From Escherichia phage CJ20: 64,000 nt of DNA. Below, in pieces: positions 1 to 8,030 of this stretch (its first letter is position 1; every line of letters starts with the position of its first letter). The stretch lies in the sequence record MT533174.1; one strand, given 5' to 3'. The notes beneath the pieces are model-generated. The model did not search any database. It saw only the letters and a list, made by a program, of their open reading frames with translations, and was not told the origin of the DNA. The translations under genes and the position numbers were made by a program.

Positions 1-280
<280 letters not shown>

Positions 281-281
<1 letters not shown>

Positions 282-478
282 TGAATAATATCGAAAAGAT
301 TTTTCGTACAATCGAAGAAATTGAAAAACGTAAATGCTTTTTCTTCGGAGTATGGCCTTTAACTGATGGACGTATTGGCCTGGATGTTATGGACTATAAA
401 GATGAAGACAAGGTCGATGGTGGTATTTTTAAATCCGCTCCAGAACTCTTAGCCTTCTTGGAAGAACATTATGTATAA
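281..478 (+). CDS. Hypothetical small early protein
   Basis: 65-aa ORF; ATG overlaps pseT stop (TAATG); same strand as flanking early genes. Confidence 0.45.
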
Positions 479-686
479 CAAACACCATGAAGTTGAAGAA
501 GAAGCTTATAAAGAGCTTCAGAAACTGGTAGGGCAGAATATGTCTCCTGCTCTTATCAACAACCTGGCTGCACTGCGCAATGATATCAACGAACGATACA
601 AGGGCGAATATTATGTTGAATTCGTTCCGCTGACTGAAGTCATTGACCGATTTATCGTTAATGTCAAGGTGCATACCGTCCATTAA
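471..686 (+). CDS. Hypothetical small early protein
   Basis: 71-aa ORF overlapping stop of previous ORF. Confidence 0.45.
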   Translation: MYNKHHEVEEEAYKELQKLVGQNMSPALINNLAALRNDINERYKGEYYVEFVPLTEVIDRFIVNVKVHTVH

Positions 687-711
687 CGCTTTAAAAATTT
701 TATGTTATAAT
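685..711 (+). promoter_or_regulatory. Middle-promoter-like element (MotA-box-like CGCTTTA, 12-nt spacer, TATAAT) followed by GGGGTCTAGG
   Basis: Member of a repeated motif family (see findings). Confidence 0.4.
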
Positions 712-757
712 GGGGTCTAGGTCCTTTGGATACCCCAATAACTAAGCGAGAAAAGAA

Positions 758-1036
758 ATGTTTCCTACATATTCTGAAATTGTTAAAGTAGTTTTTAGTC
801 AGATTGTATCTGATTATCTATACGAAAGCGTCGACGTGTCGACTGAACTAAAGGTGCATGGTCGTTTGTCTGCTATTCTGGAAATCATGTTCCCGGATGC
901 AGTTGATGCAATCACTGTTCAACTCACGCCTGGCGCAGCATTTGCAATTGTTCCATTTAAAATTGATAACCACATTTTGGCTATTTCATGCAAAATGGAC
1001 TTCCAGAAACAAACGGTAGTTGTCGAAGCAATTTAA
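758..1036 (+). CDS. Hypothetical protein
   Basis: 92-aa ORF preceded by MotA-box/TATAAT motif at 685-711. Confidence 0.5.
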   Translation: MFPTYSEIVKVVFSQIVSDYLYESVDVSTELKVHGRLSAILEIMFPDAVDAITVQLTPGAAFAIVPFKIDNHILAISCKMDFQKQTVVVEAI

Positions 1037-1038
1037 GT

Positions 1039-1067
1039 GTTTACTTTCACCACGGATGGTGTATAAT
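1039..1067 (+). promoter_or_regulatory. T4 early-type promoter (GTTTAC -35, 17-nt spacer, TATAAT -10)
   Basis: Motif read directly upstream of ORF 1097. Confidence 0.5.
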
Positions 1068-1096
1068 GAATTTCATCAACACATGAGGAAAACAAA

Positions 1097-1639
1097 ATGA
1101 GTAATTTCTTTGAAGAAGGAAAGTTTTACAAGTTCGCATCTGAAAATGCCAAAAAACAGTTTATTGCCGGAGGCTGGGCAGCTAATTACCAAATTGCCAA
1201 ATACATCGGTATGACTCCGTTTGAAGTGAAAATTGTACCTGATACCGCGAGCGGTGGAAGAAAAGTTTGTGAGATTCGTTTGATTGATGAAAAGAATTTT
1301 GTGGATTTGGCAAAAATATCTGGTGCACAGAACAGGCATCATGGAGCAATGTTTGTTTCTGCTGGTCCATTGTCTGATGAATTTGATTATTTCATCCAAG
1401 CGGAAGTTGGTGTTAAGCCAGAAGTTGAACCTGTGCCAGTGAAACTTGCATCAGTTTGGAAATTGCTTGTGGTTAAAAATGGCAAGATTGAGATTAACTC
1501 TCGTCATGTGTCAAAAGAATATGCGGAAGGCGAAGCAGAGCGTCTGTTAAACCGTGGTACTGTTGAAGATTGCTATATTATCAAAGGCGATATCACAAAA
1601 GCTTCTATCATTAAACAAGTAAAACAGGAGACAATCTGA
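1097..1639 (+). CDS. Hypothetical protein
   Basis: 180-aa ORF; SD GAGGAA upstream; early promoter-like GTTTAC-17-TATAAT at 1039-1067. Confidence 0.55.
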   Translation: MSNFFEEGKFYKFASENAKKQFIAGGWAANYQIAKYIGMTPFEVKIVPDTASGGRKVCEIRLIDEKNFVDLAKISGAQNRHHGAMFVSAGPLSDEFDYFIQAEVGVKPEVEPVPVKLASVWKLLVVKNGKIEINSRHVSKEYAEGEAERLLNRGTVEDCYIIKGDITKASIIKQVKQETI

Positions 1640-1884
1640 TGCTTAGCGAAACCCCAATTACTGTTGAAGAGTTCCACGAAAAAGTGAAGGCATTTGCTCA
1701 AGCGATGATTAATCGCGTATCAGAGCGATTCCCTGCTGCGACTTTGCAAGTTATTCAGGAATCTGCACGCAGTTTTATGATTGTCATTAATCCGAAAATT
1801 ACTCTAAAAGGTGGTGACCAATTGACCCAACTGAAATTGGGTTCTGACGGTCTGGTTGAAGCGCAGCGAGTGTATATTCAATGA
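1639..1884 (+). CDS. Hypothetical protein
   Basis: 81-aa ORF, start overlaps stop of previous ORF. Confidence 0.5.
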   Translation: MLSETPITVEEFHEKVKAFAQAMINRVSERFPAATLQVIQESARSFMIVINPKITLKGGDQLTQLKLGSDGLVEAQRVYIQ

Positions 1885-2216
1885 TGAATTTAATGGATAT
1901 TTTCAAAGAAGCACTTAAAAATGATTTAGGTGACCATCGTAAGTTGGACCCAGAAACAACTGCATTTATCAAAGTAACGCTTGCAAATGATGCTCTGTTT
2001 AAAAGTATTCACCCAAGTAATTATGATGCGGTTGTTATTACAGAAGCTCCTGTAGAAATTGGTGAGCGAATGTTTGGGGTGATTTTTGGCGATAAGAAAA
2101 AACGCTTCAGCGACGGTGATAGTATAATTACAACACATGTTAAGAGCATTACTAAATTGCGACATGAATTATATCGTGTTGAAACTATTAAAACCAATTA
2201 TCTCGTGGTGATGTAA
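1881..2216 (+). CDS. Hypothetical protein
   Basis: 111-aa ORF, translationally coupled to neighbours. Confidence 0.5.
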   Translation: MMNLMDIFKEALKNDLGDHRKLDPETTAFIKVTLANDALFKSIHPSNYDAVVITEAPVEIGERMFGVIFGDKKKRFSDGDSIITTHVKSITKLRHELYRVETIKTNYLVVM

Positions 2217-2798
2217 ATGAAACCAACTACTGTTCTGCAAATCGCATACCTTGTATCTCAAGAATCAAAATGTTGCTCCTGGAAAGTGGGAGCTGTTATT
2301 GAAAAGAATGGCCGCATTATTTCTACAGGGTATAATGGTTCCCCTGCAGGTGGGGTTAACTGTTGCGAGCATGCGGAAGAGCAAGGTTGGTTACTGAATA
2401 AACCTAAACCTGTTCTCGTCCCTGGACATAAGCCAGAATGCGTGAGATTCGGTCAGGTTGACCGTTTTGTATTGGCGAAAGCTCATCGCGAAGAACATTC
2501 TGCATGGTCAAAGAACAACGAAATTCATGCCGAGCTTAATGCGATTCTGTTTGCAGCCAGAATGGGTTCATCAATTGAAGGCGCTACTATGTATGTGACG
2601 CTTTCTCCTTGCCCTGATTGTGCAAAGGCAATTTCTCAATCAGGAATCAAGAAATTGGTTTACTGTGAAACGTATGATAAGAATATTCCTGGTTGGGATG
2701 ATATCCTGAAGAATGCAGGAATTGAAGTGTTCAATGTGCCTAAGCGTAGTCTAGACAAATTGAACTGGGAAAACATTAACGAATTTTGTGGTGAATAA
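2217..2798 (+). CDS. cd: Deoxycytidylate (dCMP) deaminase
   Basis: 193 aa; near-identical along its length to recalled T4 Cd (MKxxTVLQIAYLVSQESKCCSWKVGAVIEKNGRIISTGYNGSPAGG...TLSPCPDCAKAI), zinc-binding CxxC/PCxxC motifs. Confidence 0.92.
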   Translation: MKPTTVLQIAYLVSQESKCCSWKVGAVIEKNGRIISTGYNGSPAGGVNCCEHAEEQGWLLNKPKPVLVPGHKPECVRFGQVDRFVLAKAHREEHSAWSKNNEIHAELNAILFAARMGSSIEGATMYVTLSPCPDCAKAISQSGIKKLVYCETYDKNIPGWDDILKNAGIEVFNVPKRSLDKLNWENINEFCGE

Positions 2799-3031
2799 TG
2801 AAATTTCGTCTAGTTAAATTTTCAGGGCTAAACTCAAAAGGCGAAAGCTTAGTAGCCTATTCAGTAGAATACAAAAAGTACTTTTTCTCTCGCTGGAAAT
2901 CGTACTATAAATCCGAGTGGGTTCGCGCCGAAACGAACTATAAAACGGTGCCTATTCTTGAAAATTGTCACCATCTATTGCGTGCTCTAAAAGAGCGTAA
3001 TGCAACCACTATTAAAACTGTTTTGGAATAA
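2798..3031 (+). CDS. Hypothetical protein (position of T4 31.2)
   Basis: 77-aa ORF between cd and gene 31. Confidence 0.5.
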   Translation: MKFRLVKFSGLNSKGESLVAYSVEYKKYFFSRWKSYYKSEWVRAETNYKTVPILENCHHLLRALKERNATTIKTVLE

Positions 3032-3033
3032 TT

Positions 3034-3333
3034 ATGATTTTAACTGAACAAGAAACAATTCGTCTTCGTGAAAAAGTCAAGACTATCTTGTCTGTTGGCT
3101 TTCATGAAGTTCTGTTTGAAAAAGCAGATGGCAGCGTTCGTCGTATGACTTGTACTCGCGACCTGGACCTGCTTCCATATAAAGAAATCCAGACCCCTGG
3201 ACCAGAAGCTCATAAAGAACCAGTTAGCTATATCCGGGTATTTGATACCAAGCTTAATGAATGGCGTTCATTCTGTTTCAATAAATTGATTTCCGTGAAT
3301 GGGCTACAGACCGAGACTCTGCTTGTCCTTTAA
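3034..3333 (+). CDS. Hypothetical protein (position of T4 31.1)
   Basis: 99-aa ORF between cd and gene 31. Confidence 0.5.
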   Translation: MILTEQETIRLREKVKTILSVGFHEVLFEKADGSVRRMTCTRDLDLLPYKEIQTPGPEAHKEPVSYIRVFDTKLNEWRSFCFNKLISVNGLQTETLLVL

Positions 3334-3358
3334 TGCTTCAAACGGTGCGTGTTATTAT
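3333..3358 (+). promoter_or_regulatory. Middle-promoter-like element upstream of gene 31 (TGCTTCA, 12 nt, TATTAT)
   Basis: MotA-box consensus at about -30 and -10 hexamer. Confidence 0.5.
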
Positions 3359-3388
3359 TAATACATGACCAAACAACATGGATTAAAT

Positions 3389-3712
3389 ATGGAATTACCA
3401 ATTAAAGCAGTAGGTGAATATATTATTTTGGTTTCTGAGCCAAAGCAAGCTGGTGATGAAGAAACTACGGCATCAGGTATCGTTATCGGAAAACTCCATC
3501 AGGGTGAAATCCCAGAGATGTGTGAAGTATTTTCGGTTGGTCCAGATGTTCCTGAAGGTTTCTGTGAAGTAGGTGATTTGACTCCTCTTCCGGTTGGCAA
3601 GATTGCAAACGTTCCACATCCTCTGGTTGCTCTGGGACTTAAGCAGGCTAAAGAAGTTAAGCAGAAATTTGTGACCTGCCATTATAAAGCTGTTCCTTGT
3701 CTTTATAAGTAA
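3389..3712 (+). CDS. 31: Co-chaperonin for GroEL (GroES analogue) needed for major capsid protein folding
   Basis: Strong similarity to recalled T4 gp31 (AVGEYxILVSEP...[14 protein letters not shown]). Start placed at second ATG because a MotA-box/-10 motif at 3333-3358 puts the transcript start near the first ATG (3365). Confidence 0.85.
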   Translation: MELPIKAVGEYIILVSEPKQAGDEETTASGIVIGKLHQGEIPEMCEVFSVGPDVPEGFCEVGDLTPLPVGKIANVPHPLVALGLKQAKEVKQKFVTCHYKAVPCLYK

Positions 3713-3721
3713 AATTAGCGT

Positions 3722-3729
3722 TATAAATA
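3722..3729 (+). promoter_or_regulatory. Late promoter core TATAAATA upstream of rIII
   Basis: Exact TATAAATA octamer. Confidence 0.4.
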
Positions 3730-3883
3730 ATAATATGGATTGGTTGATGTCATACAGAGCTTTGCTGGTGTATGGGGTTAGCTAATCCTAAACGGTGGAC
3801 TACAACTGAGAGACTTGCCGCAAGGAAGTGAAATTCAGAAGAACGTGTCCACCAAATATTCACCTCATATTGAGGCTTCTAAA

Positions 3884-4138
3884 ATGTCTTTAAACAAACA
3901 ATTACAACACGCTCTCGAACTGCAACGCACTGCATGGAATAACGGTCACGAAAACTACGGCGCATCTATTGATGTTGAAGCCGAAGCACTGGAAATTCTG
4001 CAGTATTTCAAACATCTTAACCCGGTTCAAACCGACCTTCGCGCAGTGCTCGAAGCAAAAGATGAACTGAAATTTGCTAAGCCGCTGGCATCTGCTGCCC
4101 GTAAAGCTGTTCGCCATTTTGTCGTAACCCTGAAGTAA
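3884..4138 (+). CDS. rIII: rIII-like lysis-inhibition accessory protein
   Basis: 84-aa frame immediately downstream of gene 31 as in T4; SD GAGG 8 nt upstream; TATAAATA at 3722-3729; sequence identity to T4 RIII only loosely recalled. Confidence 0.55.
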   Translation: MSLNKQLQHALELQRTAWNNGHENYGASIDVEAEALEILQYFKHLNPVQTDLRAVLEAKDELKFAKPLASAARKAVRHFVVTLK

Positions 4139-4200
4139 GCTGTAGGTGATTCGCTACCTTAGTGCGGCTAGAAAATCGAGGAGCCGTCGAACTGCCTGAT

Positions 4201-4220
4201 TAATGATTCGCGAATCATTA
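4201..4220. repeat. Perfect 20-bp palindrome TAATGATTCGCGAATCATTA in a ~300-bp non-coding gap
   Basis: Read directly; reverse complement identical. Confidence 0.8.
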
Positions 4221-4434
4221 TAGTTTTAAGACCCCAGCAGTTTTACGGTGTACCTCTTGAATGTATTTTGTACTATCACGCGTCAGAAAAAGGTTATCTG
4301 TCTAAGCCGTGGTTGGTATGATGACGAGGTTTATGGTTATCCTGTCGTTAAATATCCGAAACCTAATGTTCCCTTCGAGGGCTTGCGCAGGCAACGTCAA
4401 TAAGTCCTGCATTCTATTTTAAAGAGAATTTAAT

Positions 4435-4596
4435 ATGGCTAAGAAAGAAGTTAAAGTTGTTGATGGCTCCTCCAAACGCGCTGGTTACAAGCGTGCGTCC
4501 AACAAGCGAATCAATCAGGTAACTGATAAACTTCAGGCTCGTGCTCGTGCGGTATTGCGTGCCGATGCAGCTTGCTTTGGTAAGCCGAAAGCATAA
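4435..4596 (+). CDS. Small basic (Lys/Arg-rich) hypothetical protein, 53 aa
   Basis: ATG 4435, stop 4594-4596, followed directly by hairpin terminator 4601-4628; below the 60-aa cut-off of the supplied ORF track. Confidence 0.4.
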   Translation: MAKKEVKVVDGSSKRAGYKRASNKRINQVTDKLQARARAVLRADAACFGKPKA

Positions 4597-4600
4597 GTTC

Positions 4601-4628
4601 AGGGACTCTTCGGAGTCCCTTTTTTATT
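4601..4628 (+). terminator. Rho-independent terminator (AGGGACTCttcgGAGTCCCT + T-run)
   Basis: GC stem with UUCG loop followed by TTTTTT. Confidence 0.6.
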
Positions 4629-4640
4629 TTCCATAAAGGG

Positions 4641-4670
4641 GTTTACAACAGGGTTTGACCAGTGCATAAT
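4641..4670 (+). promoter_or_regulatory. Early-type promoter (GTTTACA, 18 nt, CATAAT) with leader shared with 27807-27836
   Basis: Motif; a 24-nt stretch ATAATGATTCCATACTGAGTTAC is identical at both sites. Confidence 0.5.
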
Positions 4671-4711
4671 GATTCCATACTGAGTTACACAATAAAACAC
4701 TGGAGAATAAA

Positions 4712-5080
4712 ATGAAAATCAATCTTAACTCATACATCAAAGGTAAAGACCACGACGGTTACAAAGCCATTGAAACTAAAGAAATGCAATGGCACTTGTA
4801 TAAAGAACAGTTTGAATTCGTTTCTTGTATGACTCCAGAAGGTCCTTCTGATGACTTCTCCTGGAAAATTATGGTAACAAACTTTTTTACTGGTGATACC
4901 TACGAACTGAAAACTTTGATTCTTGGCAAGATTCGTTGTAAGACCTATGAAGATGAAGAAACTGGTTATTCTGAAGATGTTACATGGTATCAAAATGGTC
5001 GCACCACTGCTGATGATTTGATTGAAAAAATGAAAGCTAAGGGTGAATTAAATTTAGATAATTGGATTAAAGTCGCATAA
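4712..5080 (+). CDS. Hypothetical early protein
   Basis: 122-aa ORF; SD CTGGAG; early promoter-like element 4641-4670. Confidence 0.55.
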   Translation: MKINLNSYIKGKDHDGYKAIETKEMQWHLYKEQFEFVSCMTPEGPSDDFSWKIMVTNFFTGDTYELKTLILGKIRCKTYEDEETGYSEDVTWYQNGRTTADDLIEKMKAKGELNLDNWIKVA

Positions 5081-5084
5081 AACA

Positions 5085-5124
5085 GTTTACTTTGGTACAG
5101 GTTATGATATTATAGACCTGTACC
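5085..5124 (+). promoter_or_regulatory. Early promoter with -10 inside a stem-loop (PeSL-like)
   Basis: GTTTAC 5085-5090, TATTAT 5108-5113, inverted repeat GGTACAGG (5094-5101) / CCTGTACC (5117-5124). Confidence 0.5.
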
Positions 5125-5151
5125 AACAAATGAAAACAACTGGAGAATAAA

Positions 5152-5517
5152 ATGAACTACATCAACTTTGAACGCAAATATGTTTCTAACTGCATCCCAG
5201 GTTCTTCTGAAGTTATTTGCCTGTGGAAACATAAAAATGGTTCAGTGTGCGAAATTGAACAGTATATGACTCCTAACTACGTTTATATGCGATTTGAAAA
5301 TGGTATCACTCTTTCAATCACTATGACCGGTTCAACCTTTAAAATTGCTTTAGATGATGATTTCCGTGAACGTGATTTAGGGACTCATCCTTGCTGGAAT
5401 GGTGTTAATCGCAAGCCGTTGGTTAAAACTTGGATTCGTCATATCCTGGGTAACAAAGCAAAACCTGAACACCTGGAAGCAATCTTTGATGTAGTTCTTA
5501 ATGAATTTGATATCTAA
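5152..5517 (+). CDS. Hypothetical early protein
   Basis: 121-aa ORF; SD CTGGAG; early promoter GTTTAC-17-TATTAT 5085-5113. Confidence 0.55.
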   Translation: MNYINFERKYVSNCIPGSSEVICLWKHKNGSVCEIEQYMTPNYVYMRFENGITLSITMTGSTFKIALDDDFRERDLGTHPCWNGVNRKPLVKTWIRHILGNKAKPEHLEAIFDVVLNEFDI

Positions 5518-5553
5518 TCTTAAACGGGGCGAAAGCCCCTTGAGGAAAATACT

Positions 5554-5841
5554 ATGTTTATGACTACTTACTTTGATACACGTAAAAATTTCTGTGAAGT
5601 TGTCTTTTCTAAAGCAAGCCCAGGCGTACCTGCTGATAAGCAACCAACTAAAGAATCCATTAAAAACTATGCGGATATAGTTTGCCCAGTTGAATTCAGG
5701 ACTGTTAATGGACGTGATACTCTGGCAATCACCAAGCTTAGCCGCGACATTGATATTGACCCAATTGCAGCACGTGAAGTCAATTCGTCTGATATTAATG
5801 GCGGTAATGTTAAATCACACGGTTTCCAGATGAGGTTCTAA
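5554..5841 (+). CDS. Hypothetical protein
   Basis: 95-aa ORF, SD GAGG upstream. Confidence 0.5.
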   Translation: MFMTTYFDTRKNFCEVVFSKASPGVPADKQPTKESIKNYADIVCPVEFRTVNGRDTLAITKLSRDIDIDPIAAREVNSSDINGGNVKSHGFQMRF

Positions 5842-6035
5842 TGAAACTATTTCTATCGCAAACCGTCCAGTTAAAAGGCGTAGGTATTCCTGGAATGATT
5901 TCTAAGGTCTTGCCTGCTTTTCAATTAGGCAATATTTCCATTAAAGAAGCATATGCAGTCCTGTGGGTTGACGGAACAGAAGACGTTCGCATGGGTGGTG
6001 AGTTGTCTGTAATCAAATGTTTAAAGCGAGGATAA
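5841..6035 (+). CDS. Hypothetical protein
   Basis: 64-aa ORF overlapping stop of previous ORF. Confidence 0.4.
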   Translation: MKLFLSQTVQLKGVGIPGMISKVLPAFQLGNISIKEAYAVLWVDGTEDVRMGGELSVIKCLKRG

Positions 6036-6036
6036 T

Positions 6037-6249
6037 ATGTTTAAGAAACTGATTCAGAAAATTTTGGGAACAGAAATGGTTGAAGTTACTTATCGCGTAA
6101 CTGACGTGAGTCCATGGGCCCGAAATATTGAACCATATACTAAAACAATTAAAATGCTGAAATCTGACGGTGGATTATCTATTAAAGACCGTCTACCTGG
6201 TTATGGTCATTGGGCTGATGTAGATATTATCAGCGTCAAAGATATTTAA
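6037..6249 (+). CDS. Hypothetical small protein, paralog A
   Basis: 70 aa; clearly paralogous to the adjacent 6259-6471 ORF (shared motifs EMVEVTYRV, IISVKD). Confidence 0.5.
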   Translation: MFKKLIQKILGTEMVEVTYRVTDVSPWARNIEPYTKTIKMLKSDGGLSIKDRLPGYGHWADVDIISVKDI

Positions 6250-6258
6250 GGAACCTTC

Positions 6259-6471
6259 ATGATTAAGAAATTATTTAAAAAGCTGTTTGGCTTGGAAATG
6301 GTTGAAGTTACTTATCGTGTTATTGATTTATCACCTCCATATGCTTGTGATGAAGATGCTATTAAGACTGTTGTAATGCGAAAAACATATCGCGGGCGGT
6401 CAATTAAATCCAGATTACCGGACCACGGTATGTGGTATGCAACCAAGATTATCAGTGTCAAAGATGTCTGA
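6259..6471 (+). CDS. Hypothetical small protein, paralog B
   Basis: 70 aa; tandem paralog of 6037-6249. Confidence 0.5.
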   Translation: MIKKLFKKLFGLEMVEVTYRVIDLSPPYACDEDAIKTVVMRKTYRGRSIKSRLPDHGMWYATKIISVKDV

Positions 6472-6922
6472 GTTAGAAATCAGAAGCAATTTCCCATGGC
6501 CGTCATGTGCATTAAGTAACTTTGCTAAACGGCCTTTTGTTATGGAGGGCATCCAGTTTGGGGGTCTTGAAGGCTTCCTTCAAGGGTGTAAGGTGAAAAA
6601 TCATGAACAACAAAAACGTATATTTGGGATGTCCGGCTTGGCCGCCCAGCAAAGTGGAAGAGCTTATGCAAGAGCTGCGGACCGTGGGACGCTTTTCTGG
6701 CTTGGAATTCCCTTTTCAAGATACTCTGCAGCATGGAAAGAGTTGTATACAAATGCATATTTTGAAGCAGCGCTCCAAAACAGAGGGTTTCGCGATGCGT
6801 TACAATCCACAAAAGGCAAAGTTTTAAAGCATTCGATGGCGAGCCACCTTACTGTTCATGATACAATATTGACTGAACAAGAATTTATTGACATACTTAA
6901 CCAATTGAGAGATGCATTATGA
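6464..6922 (+). CDS. Hypothetical protein (in the 30.x region)
   Basis: ORF 6437-6922 in track; internal ATG at 6464 (MSELEIR...) is the likely start because it overlaps the stop of the previous gene. Confidence 0.45.
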   Translation: MSELEIRSNFPWPSCALSNFAKRPFVMEGIQFGGLEGFLQGCKVKNHEQQKRIFGMSGLAAQQSGRAYARAADRGTLFWLGIPFSRYSAAWKELYTNAYFEAALQNRGFRDALQSTKGKVLKHSMASHLTVHDTILTEQEFIDILNQLRDAL

Positions 6923-7743
6923 AACCCGTTATTTTAACAGATATTGATGGCGTATGTTTGTCATGGCAGTCAGGCTTGCCTTATTTCGCCCAAAAATACA
7001 ATTTACCCCTGGAACATATCCTTAAGATGATTCAGGATGAAAAATTTGTGACCCCTGGTAAACTGTTCAATTGTGATGAAGAGTTGGGAGCACAGTTGAT
7101 TGAGAAATATAACTGTTCAGATTTTATTCGCTATTTGTCTCCTTACGCAGATGCGTTAAGGGTTATTAATAACCTCAAAGAGCAATATGATTTTGTGGCT
7201 GTTACTGCCCTAGGTGATTCCATTGACGCCCGTCTGAATCGTCAATTCAACCTGAATGCTTTGTTCCCTGGTGCATTTAAAGAAGTGATGATGTGTGGCC
7301 ATACAGCCTCTAAAGAAGAGTTATTCCAGAAAGCGAAGACCAAATATAATGTCGTTTGTTATATTGATGACCTTGCACACCATTGCGACCATGCGAGTGA
7401 AATCCTTGAAGTCCCGGTTTATTGGATGGCCCGTGGCGAACGTGATGCTATTCCTAAAACAGCTTCCAAAGTTTTTAATTGGGACGATATTGCTGGACAG
7501 CTTAAACTGAAACACAAAGATGAACCAGTCAAACCAGAATTCACCCCTGATGAACTCCGTAAACTGGAAGAGTTGTTTCGTGAAACTCGCCGTCTTCAAC
7601 AACAAATGCAACAAGGCTGGCAGCCAGGTCAACCATGGACCCCTGGATATAATCCAGCATATCCATATCAATATGGCCCACGCGTAGGTACTGGCATTGA
7701 ATATTGGTACAATCAACCGACTGGTGGCCAAGGGGGTAATTGA
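6919..7743 (+). CDS. HAD-superfamily hydrolase-like protein (putative nucleotidase) with Q/P/Y/G-rich C-terminal tail
   Basis: N-terminal motif ILTDIDGV fits HAD motif I (DxDx[T/V]); C-terminal ~50 aa are low-complexity. Confidence 0.55.
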   Translation: MKPVILTDIDGVCLSWQSGLPYFAQKYNLPLEHILKMIQDEKFVTPGKLFNCDEELGAQLIEKYNCSDFIRYLSPYADALRVINNLKEQYDFVAVTALGDSIDARLNRQFNLNALFPGAFKEVMMCGHTASKEELFQKAKTKYNVVCYIDDLAHHCDHASEILEVPVYWMARGERDAIPKTASKVFNWDDIAGQLKLKHKDEPVKPEFTPDELRKLEELFRETRRLQQQMQQGWQPGQPWTPGYNPAYPYQYGPRVGTGIEYWYNQPTGGQGGN

Positions 7744-8021
7744 TGTTTGTCGTTCATACTATTTCTGATTACGGTCCTACTACTACCATGGATTATGGCC
7801 ATGTTAATCAGTTTATTCGTCATGTGAATCATGATTACTCGTTTGATATTAACCCAGCCAAAGACCATCCGGTTTGGCGTGAATGTGTTGAGCAAGGGTT
7901 TATCTATGTTCACTTTATGTCTAAGTTTAAACCAGATGGGCGAATGAGATTTGTGTTCACTTATCACAAACGCCTGGATTTGCTTTTGGAAGATGTGGCA
8001 TATAATAGAGCCAACGACTAA
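7740..8021 (+). CDS. Hypothetical protein (position of T4 30.1)
   Basis: 93-aa ORF immediately upstream of DNA ligase. Confidence 0.45.
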   Translation: MMFVVHTISDYGPTTTMDYGHVNQFIRHVNHDYSFDINPAKDHPVWRECVEQGFIYVHFMSKFKPDGRMRFVFTYHKRLDLLLEDVAYNRAND

Positions 8022-8030
8022 GAGGTGATT

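Noticed and set aside
4139-4434. Possible tRNA or group I intron in the long gap after rIII
   Set aside because: No cloverleaf-compatible T-arm or anticodon-stem pattern and no intron core motifs recognised by eye; retained only as an unexplained structured region
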